This document shows, piece by piece, positions 9,870 through 19,158 of a stretch of DNA of 64,000 nt (positions are counted from its first letter, which is position 1; every line of letters begins with the position of its first letter). Below the pieces are notes generated by a model that worked only from the letters and a program-made list of their open reading frames with translations, ran no database searches and had not been told where the DNA came from. A program made the translations under genes and the position numbers. Source of the DNA: a virus; the IMG/VR virus record IMGVR_UViG_3300043411_000952, positions 1-64,000 of that record, one strand, 5' to 3'.

Positions 9870-10202
9870 ATGAAAAGTATTAGATACATACCTACTTCGC
9901 TAGCAGAACCTGGCTTCGGGGACGGGGACATGGCACCAACTGCTGTGGAGGTTTTACTCATTGGAGAAACTAGCCGCATCGAGCTGTTTGAGCAGCTTGG
10001 TCAGCCTGGGTTTTATCGGGCTCGAGTTATTTCTGATCCACTGCAGGAATTGGAGGGGGCAGAGATTATTTGTGGCGAAGATCAAACTACTCTAGTGCGG
10101 TTTATGGCTACCGCTGGTACCGTCACGTTTAACGGATCCTACGGAATCCTCGTTCGTCTTGCAGATGGACGCGTGATGCTGCCGGAAAAAGAAGCAGAGT
10201 AA
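9870..10202 (+). CDS. Hypothetical cassette gene
   Basis: 110-aa ORF between the motif and a terminator; A-rich leader. Confidence 0.7.
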   Translation: MKSIRYIPTSLAEPGFGDGDMAPTAVEVLLIGETSRIELFEQLGQPGFYRARVISDPLQELEGAEIICGEDQTTLVRFMATAGTVTFNGSYGILVRLADGRVMLPEKEAE

Positions 10203-10234
10203 ACCCAACAGGCGTCACCCGCCTAGGGGTACTG

Positions 10235-10256
10235 GGGATCTTCGGATCCCTTTTTT
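10235..10256 (+). terminator. Intrinsic terminator
   Basis: GGGATC-TTCG-GATCCC plus T6. Confidence 0.85.
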
Positions 10257-10281
10257 ATTTATCCGATATAACGCTATATCT

Positions 10282-10302
10282 TGTGTTATATAAATTTGTA
10301 CG
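10282..10302 (+). promoter_or_regulatory. Recurring promoter-like motif, copy 2
   Basis: Exact 21-nt copy. Confidence 0.75.
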
Positions 10303-10333
10303 CACCGGAATTATCTAGGACGTACTTAAACAT

Positions 10334-12331
10334 ATGTTCTTACACATCAAGCAACAAGTACAGAAGCGCTTTAATGAGCTTCTGCAAAATGGTCCCGTAT
10401 TTTGCGTGGCCGTAGATAAGGAGAAGATCTGGGAAATGTACCTCGCTGCATTCCCGGAACAATATAAACAGGAAAACACCTGTAACTGCTGTAAATCTTT
10501 TATCCGTCAGTTCTCAGGACTGGTCGGTATTAAAGATAACAAGGTCCTCACTATGTGGGACTTTGAATGCACAGATCCAGAATACACTGACGCGGTTAAA
10601 GTCATGCGGGATTACATCCTCTCCTGCGAGATCGATTCAGTTTATGTCAATTCGTTCGCCAAGTTGGGGACGGATAAGACTCCTGATCCTAAGCGCTCCG
10701 TAGTTTGGGAACATTATTTTGTCGCCCTTCCAGGTAACATGGTTAAGCACGAAGCTGATATCGGACCGCACCAAGGTAATGCCAGGGATAATAAAAATGT
10801 TCTTAAGCGTTCTCTGGATGAGATCACTGATGACGCGGTTAATACTGTGCTCGAATTGATTTCGCAGAATTCTCTTTATCGTGGTTCTGAACATAAAGCT
10901 ACACTGACTGAATTCCTTAAACTTAAAGAGGAGTACAAGAAGGTACCTAATGCTCTGCGTGACAACTTCTGCTGGGTGCAGAGCGTTAAGACTCACGCGG
11001 CGGTTTGTCGCATCCGTAATACGTCCATCGGCACGCTGCTTGTGGACTTGTCTGAGGGGCGTGATCTGGATGGCGCTGTAGCTGCGTTTGAGCGCGTTGT
11101 GGCTCCTGCTAACTACAAGCGTCCTACTGCGCTGGTTACCCCAAGGATGATCGAACAGGCGCAGCAACGTCTGACTGAGTTGGGTATGCTAGGCTCGCTA
11201 GAGCGGCGCATTCTGGACAGCCGCGATCTCAATGTCAACAATACGTTGTTCGTGCATCGCCCATCTGGTAGTGGAGTTTCTGATGTCTTTGCCGACCTGA
11301 AGAAGGACACTGTCGTAAATCCCAAGAGTCTTAATAAAGTTGAGGAAATCAACATCCAGGATTTTGTGGATAAAGTTCTACCCCATGCCAAAGCTATTAA
11401 AGTTCTCGTGGAGAATATCCACATGCCAAACTTTGTGACTTTGGTTGGAGCCAAGAATCCGGCAGATCCTACCATGTTTAAATGGGGAAACAATTTCTCC
11501 TGGGCTTACACCGGGGATGTGACTGACTCCATCAAAGAGCGAGTGAAAGCCGCTGGCGGTAACGTCACTGGTGTCCTGCGCGTCAGCTTGTCCTGGCATA
11601 ACCATGATGACTTGGACCTGCATATCATTGAGCCGAATGGTTATCGTATTCATTTCGGTAACAAACGGCAATTGTCGCCTACTGGCGGCATGCTGGATGT
11701 CGATATGAACATGGGCGGTGGCAAAACCCGCACGCCTGTAGAAAATATCTGCTGGGCGCAAGCTCCAAAAACGGAAGGTAAATATTCCGTGATTGTAAAT
11801 AATTATTGCCGTCGTGATAATCAAGACGGTGGCTTCGAAGTTGAGATTGAGTATAACGGTGAAATTGAAACATTCACTTCTAACACCAACGCGGCGACAG
11901 GTAAAAATTTCCCTATTGGTGAGTTTAATTACACCAAAAAAGATGGTGTCCAGTTTATTAATTCTAGCGGTAAATCCAATATAGCTAAATATAACTCCAG
12001 AGAGAAGTGGGGCGTTAAGACTGGGCAGTTCGTCCCTGTTCGCGCTGTCACGCTCTCGCCAAACTTCTGGAATGCTGCCGCAGGAAACAAACACTATATG
12101 TTCCTGTTGGAAGGTTGTAAATCGGACGAAAAGACTCGGCCATTCTTCAATGAGTTCCTCACACCAGAGCTCGACGCGGACCGTAAGGTCTTCGAGGTTC
12201 TGGGCAGTAAGGTAAATGTAGACAAAGCAGAAGATGAGTTGTCCGGTATCGGTTTCTCCGACACCGCGCGCAATCATGTTTTTGTTGAAGTCGAGGGCGC
12301 ATTCAAACGCGTCGTCAAAGTTAATTTCTAA
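10334..12331 (+). CDS. 665-aa phage protein with YfaP/DUF2135-like domain
   Basis: CNCC near the N-terminus; LRVSLSWHNHDDLDLHIIEPNG...G.LDVD.N.....PVENI.W. Confidence 0.7.
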   Translation: MFLHIKQQVQKRFNELLQNGPVFCVAVDKEKIWEMYLAAFPEQYKQENTCNCCKSFIRQFSGLVGIKDNKVLTMWDFECTDPEYTDAVKVMRDYILSCEIDSVYVNSFAKLGTDKTPDPKRSVVWEHYFVALPGNMVKHEADIGPHQGNARDNKNVLKRSLDEITDDAVNTVLELISQNSLYRGSEHKATLTEFLKLKEEYKKVPNALRDNFCWVQSVKTHAAVCRIRNTSIGTLLVDLSEGRDLDGAVAAFERVVAPANYKRPTALVTPRMIEQAQQRLTELGMLGSLERRILDSRDLNVNNTLFVHRPSGSGVSDVFADLKKDTVVNPKSLNKVEEINIQDFVDKVLPHAKAIKVLVENIHMPNFVTLVGAKNPADPTMFKWGNNFSWAYTGDVTDSIKERVKAAGGNVTGVLRVSLSWHNHDDLDLHIIEPNGYRIHFGNKRQLSPTGGMLDVDMNMGGGKTRTPVENICWAQAPKTEGKYSVIVNNYCRRDNQDGGFEVEIEYNGEIETFTSNTNAATGKNFPIGEFNYTKKDGVQFINSSGKSNIAKYNSREKWGVKTGQFVPVRAVTLSPNFWNAAAGNKHYMFLLEGCKSDEKTRPFFNEFLTPELDADRKVFEVLGSKVNVDKAEDELSGIGFSDTARNHVFVEVEGAFKRVVKVNF

Positions 12332-12356
12332 GCACAAACCCAAATCACACAACACA

Positions 12357-12755
12357 ATGTCAATCGAAGCAATCGTCATCAAAGCCGCGCGTAAGAAGTG
12401 GCGTTTCGCAACCACCAAAGGCCACCTCAGCTTTGAGGATCTTTGGGATCTCAGCCTGGAGGCGCTCGATAAGATCGCCGTCGCGCTGGATGAGAAAATC
12501 CAGAAGGGAGGACGTAAGTCCTTCATCACGAAGAAGACCGAGAGCATGACCGAAGAGCAGGGCATGTTCGACCTCGTCAGCTTTGTCATCGAAACCAAGA
12601 TGGCAGAGGCAGACGCCGCCAAAGATCGCGCCGCTAAGCGCGGTCAGCGTGAGTTCCTTGAGGAGCTCAAGAAGAAGAAGCAGATCGCCTCTCTCGAGGG
12701 TCTGTCCCTTGAGGATATCGATAAGCAGATCGCCGCACTCGGAGCAACCGAGTAA
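12357..12755 (+). CDS. Phage coiled-coil protein (G.LS.EDLWDL family)
   Basis: ATG 12357 follows an A/C-rich leader; KWRF.T.KG.LS.EDLWDL motif; strongly GC3-rich codons. Confidence 0.75.
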   Translation: MSIEAIVIKAARKKWRFATTKGHLSFEDLWDLSLEALDKIAVALDEKIQKGGRKSFITKKTESMTEEQGMFDLVSFVIETKMAEADAAKDRAAKRGQREFLEELKKKKQIASLEGLSLEDIDKQIAALGATE

Positions 12756-12767
12756 AACCAAAACCAC

Positions 12768-12801
12768 GCCGTCAGGAGTTAATTCTCCTGGCGGCTTTTT
12801 T
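12768..12801 (+). terminator. Intrinsic terminator
   Basis: GCCGTCAGGAG-loop-CTCCTGGCGGC plus T6. Confidence 0.85.
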
Positions 12802-12869
12802 ATTACGCGCATCTCTCAGGTTTTTCCTAGAAAAAAGCCGAAAAATTCTTTTGCAACAAGTTACCTTAG

Positions 12870-12890
12870 TGTGTTATATAAATTTGTACG
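12870..12890 (+). promoter_or_regulatory. Recurring promoter-like motif, copy 3
   Basis: Exact 21-nt copy; a TGCTATAAT extended -10 also lies at 12905-12913. Confidence 0.75.
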
Positions 12891-13341
12891 GGTAGTAATA
12901 TCTGTGCTATAATCCAACACAAGTTGGCGCAGATACGTAAAATAGTGTAATGCGTATTCAAGAAAATAAACTAACACTAGTTACTCCCTCCCGAGGTTCT
13001 AACCCTCGGGAGGTTAGATAATTGCTCTTAAAGCGCCCTGAATCTCCTCACGGGTTCAGACGGTTACAAGGCCGAATGCCCAGCCTGGGCCGACAGGCGA
13101 AGCTGCTCTGCCTCTTTGCAGAGAACGTTGAGTAAGAGCAATCTGGATCTGATATGACAGTCATACTTAGACTGAGCTAGTATATGGTCACTCTGCAATG
13201 ATCATAGTATTAGCCTTATCCAGGAAACAACCCCCATCCATTAAGACATCAACCGCGCGGCTCAGAGCTGATCTGACATGGACCAAGTTGTAGGGAGGCG
13301 CGAATATTTACAGAGATGTAAATTATTCGCGCCTTTCTTTT
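12890..13341 (+). ncRNA. Candidate ~450-nt structured ncRNA, family not recognised
   Basis: No ORF of 60 aa or more; bounded by promoter motif and terminator; multiple perfect nested stems. Confidence 0.6.
13296..13341 (+). terminator. Intrinsic terminator
   Basis: AGGCGCGAATA...TATTCGCGCCT followed by TTCTTTT. Confidence 0.8.
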
Positions 13342-13460
13342 ACATATTATGTAATATAAGGGTCTACCAAATAAGGACGACCTTGAGGCGAGAACGTCCA
13401 GGCTCACACGCGAGCCGGGGCGGAAACCTCCGCTGAAACAACTGACTCTCTACCAAAAAA

Positions 13461-13715
13461 ATGAACTCTAATACTCCAGAAAGCCCGGCTCGTTGTGTGC
13501 AGCCTGCTTGTTCGGCCTTCTTGCGCACGATCAATGGCGATCTCTACACTAAGCCTGTCTTCACTGCCCTGGATGACTGCTATGAGCAGGGGCAAGCCGC
13601 AAGCTCACAGGGCTACCGCCGCGACCAAAATCCGTATCCCAAGGGCACCGCTCAGCGGGAATGGTGGGATGGCGGATACTGCAACGAAACCGACGAACTA
13701 ACTGGAGAAGCATGA
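13461..13715 (+). CDS. Small protein with Rmf-like C-terminal motif
   Basis: YEQGQAASSQGYRRDQNPYPKGTAQREWWDGGY matches the Rmf pattern G..A...G.....CPY......W..GW. Confidence 0.6.
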   Translation: MNSNTPESPARCVQPACSAFLRTINGDLYTKPVFTALDDCYEQGQAASSQGYRRDQNPYPKGTAQREWWDGGYCNETDELTGEA

Positions 13716-14023
13716 GCACGGGAGAAATCATCATCAATGCAGTAATTCGCGCTGCCGCTGTCGAATCTGCTGTAATCACTGAGGGCAGAACCGTCTTTGT
13801 GTGGGCGACAAATGCCGCAGAGCAGATTGAAGCCGCGATTGCAGAGGCAGGCTACGAACTGAGGCCGAACATGATGTTACCTTCGCCTTTGATGTCCCTT
13901 ATATTCACTGGTCCTTTAGTAGTTTGCATACCCGCAGTATTCGGTAAACCTCCTGCTCTGAAACTTCCAAAGCTTTTAGCCTCAGGTATAGAAACGCGTT
14001 CTGGGTTTAGTGTAGACTTTTGA
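13712..14023 (+). CDS. Hypothetical protein; 3' half reads antisense through the kinase gene
   Basis: ATGA overlap with the upstream stop; native-looking to ~13870. Confidence 0.5.
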   Translation: MSTGEIIINAVIRAAAVESAVITEGRTVFVWATNAAEQIEAAIAEAGYELRPNMMLPSPLMSLIFTGPLVVCIPAVFGKPPALKLPKLLASGIETRSGFSVDF

Positions 14024-14496
14024 AATCTCTGAACGAAATCTAGCCACTGTTTTTTATTACTGGAAGGTAGTGACAAGATTTCCTTCAATACATTAGGTTT
14101 AGGAGGTGCCGCGTTTAATCTTGGAATTGCATAGCCTCTCCCACCTCTGATCGTAGACAGAATCTCCGGGAAAATGGACGAGGAAGAGAATAAGTTCTTT
14201 ATGCTCTCTACTCTTTTTTCAGCTCTAGGTGATCCTTTTTGAGATATGAGCTTTAAGGCGGAAGGCCCGTGCTTTCCGGTAAAGCTTTCGTAAACTTTAC
14301 CTTCTCCGCCGCCGCCTAGTAGCTTTGGTTTGCCCTCTACATTTTTCAACAGCCTTGTTTTATTTGCCGGAAGACCTGCAGTTAATTTTTCTATACTTTT
14401 AGGAGACAGTCCTTTAGCCAAAGCGCGAACCCAAGCTGGTGTCGCTTGCTTATTCATACCACTAATTAAAGTTAATGTCTCTAGATTCACATACAT
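13852..14496 (-). pseudogene. C-terminally truncated protein kinase-like gene
   Basis: LGGGGEGKVY Gly loop, ALK lysine, RDIKGEGNIM catalytic-loop-like motif; stops 5 residues later with no DFG or C-lobe. Confidence 0.55.
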
Positions 14497-14517
14497 ACAG
14501 TAAACCATTAAAACAAC

Positions 14518-14733
14518 ATGACAATTGTAAAAGCACGTATCACTGAACAACCTAAATCATTATTTGATCCTATGCCTGAGGTGTGGGTTACATACGACGA
14601 CGGAGAAGAAGAGAAACTCTTTTCTTACTACCCTGACGAGATTTCGTTTGATGCTGATGAATTTATAGGTTTAACAAGGGGCGGCGCGTTCAAGCTTTAC
14701 CACAAAAAAGACGTGGCGTATTTAAAGGCATAA
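14518..14733 (+). CDS. Small hypothetical phage protein
   Basis: 71-aa ORF ending 1 nt before the nuclease gene. Confidence 0.7.
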   Translation: MTIVKARITEQPKSLFDPMPEVWVTYDDGEEEKLFSYYPDEISFDADEFIGLTRGGAFKLYHKKDVAYLKA

Positions 14734-14734
14734 T

Positions 14735-15877
14735 ATGATTAAAATAATTCACACAGCCGATTGGCATTTACGCGATATGCAGTTTGGAAAGACTGCGCGC
14801 GCTCAAGACTTTACTGATTCTGTTTTCCGTATCGTGGATATCGCAGTTCAGAATCAAGTTGATTATATTTTATGCGCTGGGGACATTCTGAACTCTAAAC
14901 GCCCTAGTAGCCGTAACATCGCGGATCTCATTCGTCTGAACCAAAAGCTTCTGACGAATAAAGTTAAGTTGTTCGTCATCACAGGCAACCACGATAAATG
15001 TCATCCTTCGTGGATTAAGGTACTACAGGAAGAAATGCAGGAGAATGGGCAGTGCGCTATTTACGATATTGATTTCCAACTCTTCAGTATGAAAGCTAGA
15101 GATGGAAAAGAATATACAATCTACGGCGTACCTGATATGGCCCCGGATGATTTCCGGGAAAAGAGCGTAGATTTTCCTGAAGCTGACTTCATGATGTTCC
15201 ATGCCTTAATTAAGGACTTCGCCGCCTTTGACGCTGGAGATAAAGTCTTGAAAGTTGAAGACTTACCTACAGATAAGTATAAAGCTATACTACTAGGTGA
15301 TATTCACACGCATAAATACATCGATCTGGAAACATGCGTCGTAGGCTATCCCGGCTCTACCGAGTTGTGTTCGCGTAATGAGAGTACAGACAAGTATGTA
15401 ACGCTATTCACACTACATGATAATGGTGAGCTACAAAGAGACTCTATTCCTCTTACATTAAATAAACCAATCATTGCTGAAGATATACGCACGGTTGATG
15501 AAGCCAACGACTTGCTTCTTAAAATTAATGAAGTTAAGGACGAGCATCCTACGATTCTTGTACGTAAAGATCCATCATTCACAGATCTCTATATACGCAT
15601 CGCGCGAATCGTAGATACTAGTAAGTGTATTATCAGGGTTACAAATTTACAGCAGGCTGGATTTAAACTTATTAATATTGTCAGTCGTAGAACTGATAAC
15701 CCTACAGGTAAACAACCTGTAGATTTTGTTTCGGACTATTTCCCTAATGGTTCTGATATATTTGAATTAGCCCAAGCCCTTTGTGATCCGCAGGCTGCTG
15801 CTCCTCACCTGATTGAAAGTTTCATAGATAAAAGACTATATGCGAATAAAAAAGCTACTGATAAAAAATTTGGGTAA
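14735..15877 (+). CDS. sbcD: Mre11/SbcD-like metallophosphoesterase nuclease
   Basis: HTADWH, AGD, GNHD, LGDIH, YPGS motifs; adjacent to an SMC-like ATPase. Confidence 0.9.
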   Translation: MIKIIHTADWHLRDMQFGKTARAQDFTDSVFRIVDIAVQNQVDYILCAGDILNSKRPSSRNIADLIRLNQKLLTNKVKLFVITGNHDKCHPSWIKVLQEEMQENGQCAIYDIDFQLFSMKARDGKEYTIYGVPDMAPDDFREKSVDFPEADFMMFHALIKDFAAFDAGDKVLKVEDLPTDKYKAILLGDIHTHKYIDLETCVVGYPGSTELCSRNESTDKYVTLFTLHDNGELQRDSIPLTLNKPIIAEDIRTVDEANDLLLKINEVKDEHPTILVRKDPSFTDLYIRIARIVDTSKCIIRVTNLQQAGFKLINIVSRRTDNPTGKQPVDFVSDYFPNGSDIFELAQALCDPQAAAPHLIESFIDKRLYANKKATDKKFG

Positions 15878-18377
15878 ACATAGACATTTAGAGGCAACTC
15901 TAGATGGATCTGTTGTAGGATTGATGGGACCTAATGGTTCAGGTAAATCCACTATTCTTAAATTAATTCATTTTCTTGTTACTGGCTGGACACCAGCTAA
16001 GGAAACACAAGAATCCTTTATTCGTAAGGTGGACCCGGAGATTGAGGCCGAGCCCGCCTGTGGTTCCGCTGAAATGGAATTCTACGCGCAAGGAAACACG
16101 TATAGAATTAGTCGAAAGATCGGATCTCCCTCCTCCAGAAAGCTCGTAAAGCTGGATGCTAAAGGAAAGGAAATCAAAGACGAAACATATACCAGCGCAG
16201 CAGAGATACAGGCTCTTTTAACTGAAATCCTTGGCGCTGACAAGTATGCTATTGATAACGCTGTGTTTCCTGAACAGGGTGCATTGGATAAAATATTATT
16301 TGGGTCCCAGGCGGAGCGTGAAGAGTTGCTGGTAAAGCTACTCCTGCTAGGGCATATGCAGAAGGTGGCGGATGTAGCGGCAGGTAAAATCAAAATACTG
16401 GCCTCTGAGATTCAGGACTTCTCGACTTTGCATGATGAGCTACAGGCGACCAGAAATAGCGCAGAAGTAGAGCTCGCTACCGCCGAGGAGCAGCTGGTGC
16501 GTACTCGCAGTTATGCAGCAGAAATTAAACTATATGAAGATTGGGAACGCGCAGTTAATGAGTTAACATCTAATTCATCTCATCTGCTGAGCGCCAAAAA
16601 TGCCGCCCGCATTAATGAAGATAAAGTAGCCGCTGTTCTGGAAGAGCAAACTACCAAGTTAGGGGTAGCTATAAACTCACCTGAGGAATTAGGTAATTGG
16701 GTTGATAAACTCAAAAATAAAATTAAGGGCGCGCATCAGACGGTAGCCGCGCTACAAGACACCAAAGGTAAGGCAGCCCAGTATAAAAGTATCGCTGAAC
16801 GTATAGTTAATTATAATAATGATCTGTTACTTCTTAAAGCGGATTGTCCTGCGCCTGTAGACCCTAACTTGATTTCTAGCCTGGATAAAAAAATCAGGGA
16901 TCAGAACCTCCGGGAGATGTACCGGTTGGAAGTTCAGGAGGCTACAGTTAAAGGAAAGGAAACTAGGGATAGAGTTGATAGACTTGTAGAGATAGTTAAG
17001 GAACTAACTGAAGATTTAAAACGTGTCGAGGACGAGGAACAAACACTATCTAACGAGAGAGCGCTGTTCAAAACTATCGTAGATACGTGTAAGCTAGCGT
17101 TGGATAATAACTGTACCGCTGACTGCCCGGTGTGCGGAGAGAGTGTTTCTCACGAAAAACTGAGATCCAGACTCGAGACATATAATGTCAAACTATTAGA
17201 AGCCTCTAAGAAGTTGCACGACATTAGTACTAGCCATGCGCAGACGAGTAAGCAGATGCGTGACATGCAGCATGACCTAACTCAACGGCAGACATTACTA
17301 TCTTTGTACATTAAAAAATACAAAGATAACAAAGCGCTACTTGATGCAGGCACAGATGAAGACGTACAAGTTTTTAGGGATCAGCTTACTAGTCTAAATC
17401 ACGCCACGGCTAAACGCGCGTCCGATATTAAAAGCATAAATAAAATTGAATTTGAGATTAAAACATTAGAGTTTTCTATTCAAGGTTACACTGAAGAAGA
17501 AGTTAAAAGTTTCCATGAGTTAGATATTACCGCTTTGGATAAAGAGGTAACCGAGCTCAAAGATAAGGTCGAGCACTGGAGCTCTAAGCTGGATGAGTTG
17601 TCTAAAACTTATATTAACATTCAACAACTTATCTCGGCCAGAGAAACGGAGATTAAACGCTCCAAGGAATTTGCTGCTGCATGTGAGGGCTTCGCTCTAA
17701 AAAGGGATGCAATCTTTGACTCTTTTCCTCCGCAACTAAAGAAATTAGTTGAGCAAGGGGGTGAGACAAAAGACACTCTCATAGAGAACAATAAATTATA
17801 TAATCAACTAGAAGCCAAAGCAGCGCAGCTTAAAGTCCAGGCCAACAGCATACGTAAACGGTTACGTGAAATTGAGGACAAAATTAAATTGGATGAAGAT
17901 AAACGCGCGGTGATACAGGAATTACAGCGCGTGGTGCATGCGTTCTCTAGACAGGGTATTCCCATGGCTTATGTACAACATAAGTTTGATAGCCTTGTCA
18001 GCATGACTCAGGATAACTTGGAAATTATGGATGCGAACTTCGCTATTATTCCGCATCCCTCTAAACCAGTTAGTCTGCAGTTCTACCGCGTAGACGAGCC
18101 GGGGCAAGTATTGTTCGACCACGACAAACTATCTGGCGGTCAGAAGGTAAGGTTATCCATCGCCTTCCTTTTAGCTGTTCAGCAATTAGTAATCCCGGAA
18201 TTAGGCTTCCTAGTTTTGGATGAACCTTCTACGCATTTGGATGAGGAGGCTAGAGAAAATTTGAAAGAGCTCTTGCTAAATCTAAATCAACAGCTAGAAA
18301 GTACAGACACTCAAATTCTCGTTTGCGACCACGCAAGAGAGCTTGAACCTGCTTTTGTAAATGTAATTCAATTATGA
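15840..18377 (+). CDS. sbcC: Rad50/SbcC-like SMC ATPase
   Basis: GPNGSGKST, coiled coils with CPVC zinc hook, LSGGQ signature, LDEPS. Confidence 0.92.
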   Translation: MRIKKLLIKNLGKHRHLEATLDGSVVGLMGPNGSGKSTILKLIHFLVTGWTPAKETQESFIRKVDPEIEAEPACGSAEMEFYAQGNTYRISRKIGSPSSRKLVKLDAKGKEIKDETYTSAAEIQALLTEILGADKYAIDNAVFPEQGALDKILFGSQAEREELLVKLLLLGHMQKVADVAAGKIKILASEIQDFSTLHDELQATRNSAEVELATAEEQLVRTRSYAAEIKLYEDWERAVNELTSNSSHLLSAKNAARINEDKVAAVLEEQTTKLGVAINSPEELGNWVDKLKNKIKGAHQTVAALQDTKGKAAQYKSIAERIVNYNNDLLLLKADCPAPVDPNLISSLDKKIRDQNLREMYRLEVQEATVKGKETRDRVDRLVEIVKELTEDLKRVEDEEQTLSNERALFKTIVDTCKLALDNNCTADCPVCGESVSHEKLRSRLETYNVKLLEASKKLHDISTSHAQTSKQMRDMQHDLTQRQTLLSLYIKKYKDNKALLDAGTDEDVQVFRDQLTSLNHATAKRASDIKSINKIEFEIKTLEFSIQGYTEEEVKSFHELDITALDKEVTELKDKVEHWSSKLDELSKTYINIQQLISARETEIKRSKEFAAACEGFALKRDAIFDSFPPQLKKLVEQGGETKDTLIENNKLYNQLEAKAAQLKVQANSIRKRLREIEDKIKLDEDKRAVIQELQRVVHAFSRQGIPMAYVQHKFDSLVSMTQDNLEIMDANFAIIPHPSKPVSLQFYRVDEPGQVLFDHDKLSGGQKVRLSIAFLLAVQQLVIPELGFLVLDEPSTHLDEEARENLKELLLNLNQQLESTDTQILVCDHARELEPAFVNVIQL

Positions 18378-18856
18378 GCGATGTAGCTACTCTGTATAAT
18401 GTGAAGATCAAATTGACTTCTTCCTGGCTGGGCAACCAAAGAACTCGGGAGAACGTTCGTCGTTTTCGTCGGGATCGGGAGGGTAAGCTTGCTGTCGATA
18501 TGGCTCAGTGGAGCTGGACTTTTCAGCAAGCTGCCGAAGCCCTGCATATGGTAGATATCGATACGGATACTATTCGTCCTCAGATGAATATCGATCCTCC
18601 GTCTTTAGTTTTATACAGACGTAACTACACTCATAAGAATAAACAGCAATGTGAAATGTTTGAAGCTATTCGCGAAAACTGTGTTTTGACAATACAGGTC
18701 TTAGTAACAGCTACAGACAAGCAGGATAAGTTTGCTCCAGATCTGGCTAGGCTCAGAGACATATTCAGATTTACAGGTATGTTTCTGGGTCTAAGCCCGT
18801 GGGGCGGGCAATATGGTTATGGTCGTTTTGATGTAGAGGAAATCACTCCTCTTTAA
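18374..18856 (+). CDS. Solitary RAMP/Cas7(Csm3)-like protein (tentative)
   Basis: N-terminal IKLTSSWLG, internal FEAIREN.VLTI.V, C-terminal Gly-rich loop GLSPWGGQYGYGRFDV. Confidence 0.5.
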   Translation: MSDVATLYNVKIKLTSSWLGNQRTRENVRRFRRDREGKLAVDMAQWSWTFQQAAEALHMVDIDTDTIRPQMNIDPPSLVLYRRNYTHKNKQQCEMFEAIRENCVLTIQVLVTATDKQDKFAPDLARLRDIFRFTGMFLGLSPWGGQYGYGRFDVEEITPL

Positions 18857-18963
18857 TTTAGTTATCAGAAATAAACAATTTGTATGAGACAGTCAAATGA
18901 CACGAAAAGAAAAACGCATCAAGTTAGCCGCCTACGAGGCAGCAAATAAAGTAAAACCTTAAT

Positions 18964-19158
18964 ATGAATAAAAAAGTAAATAAAAGTAAAGACGGCAGGC
19001 CCGCTCACGTGCCTATTTTGTCTTTGCGCTGTGCTGAGTGCGGTACCATAGTTACGAATCCTGAGAAGTTAGCGTCACCAGGCGCAGTGAAACTGGGTTT
19101 TGTTCTGTGTTCGTTTAAATGCGCGCAGAGCTGGACCGCCGCTACCGGGATGGTGTAG
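18964..19158 (+). CDS. Small zinc-binding protein (TRASH/YHS-like)
   Basis: CAECG...LCSFKC. Confidence 0.45.
   Translation: MNKKVNKSKDGRPAHVPILSLRCAECGTIVTNPEKLASPGAVKLGFVLCSFKCAQSWTAATGMV

Noticed and set aside
12234-12356. 5' extensions of ORF-track calls (also 23051, 42834, 51781, 61274, 62227, 14550)
   Set aside because: They overlap upstream genes, terminators or promoters; later ATGs fit the signals better.
11378-12622. 414-aa minus-strand ORF
   Set aside because: Antisense shadow of two codon-biased plus-strand genes; no motifs.
13160-13192. Group I intron R/S-like words within the ncRNA candidate
   Set aside because: Too close together to accommodate P3/P8, and no P/Q elements.
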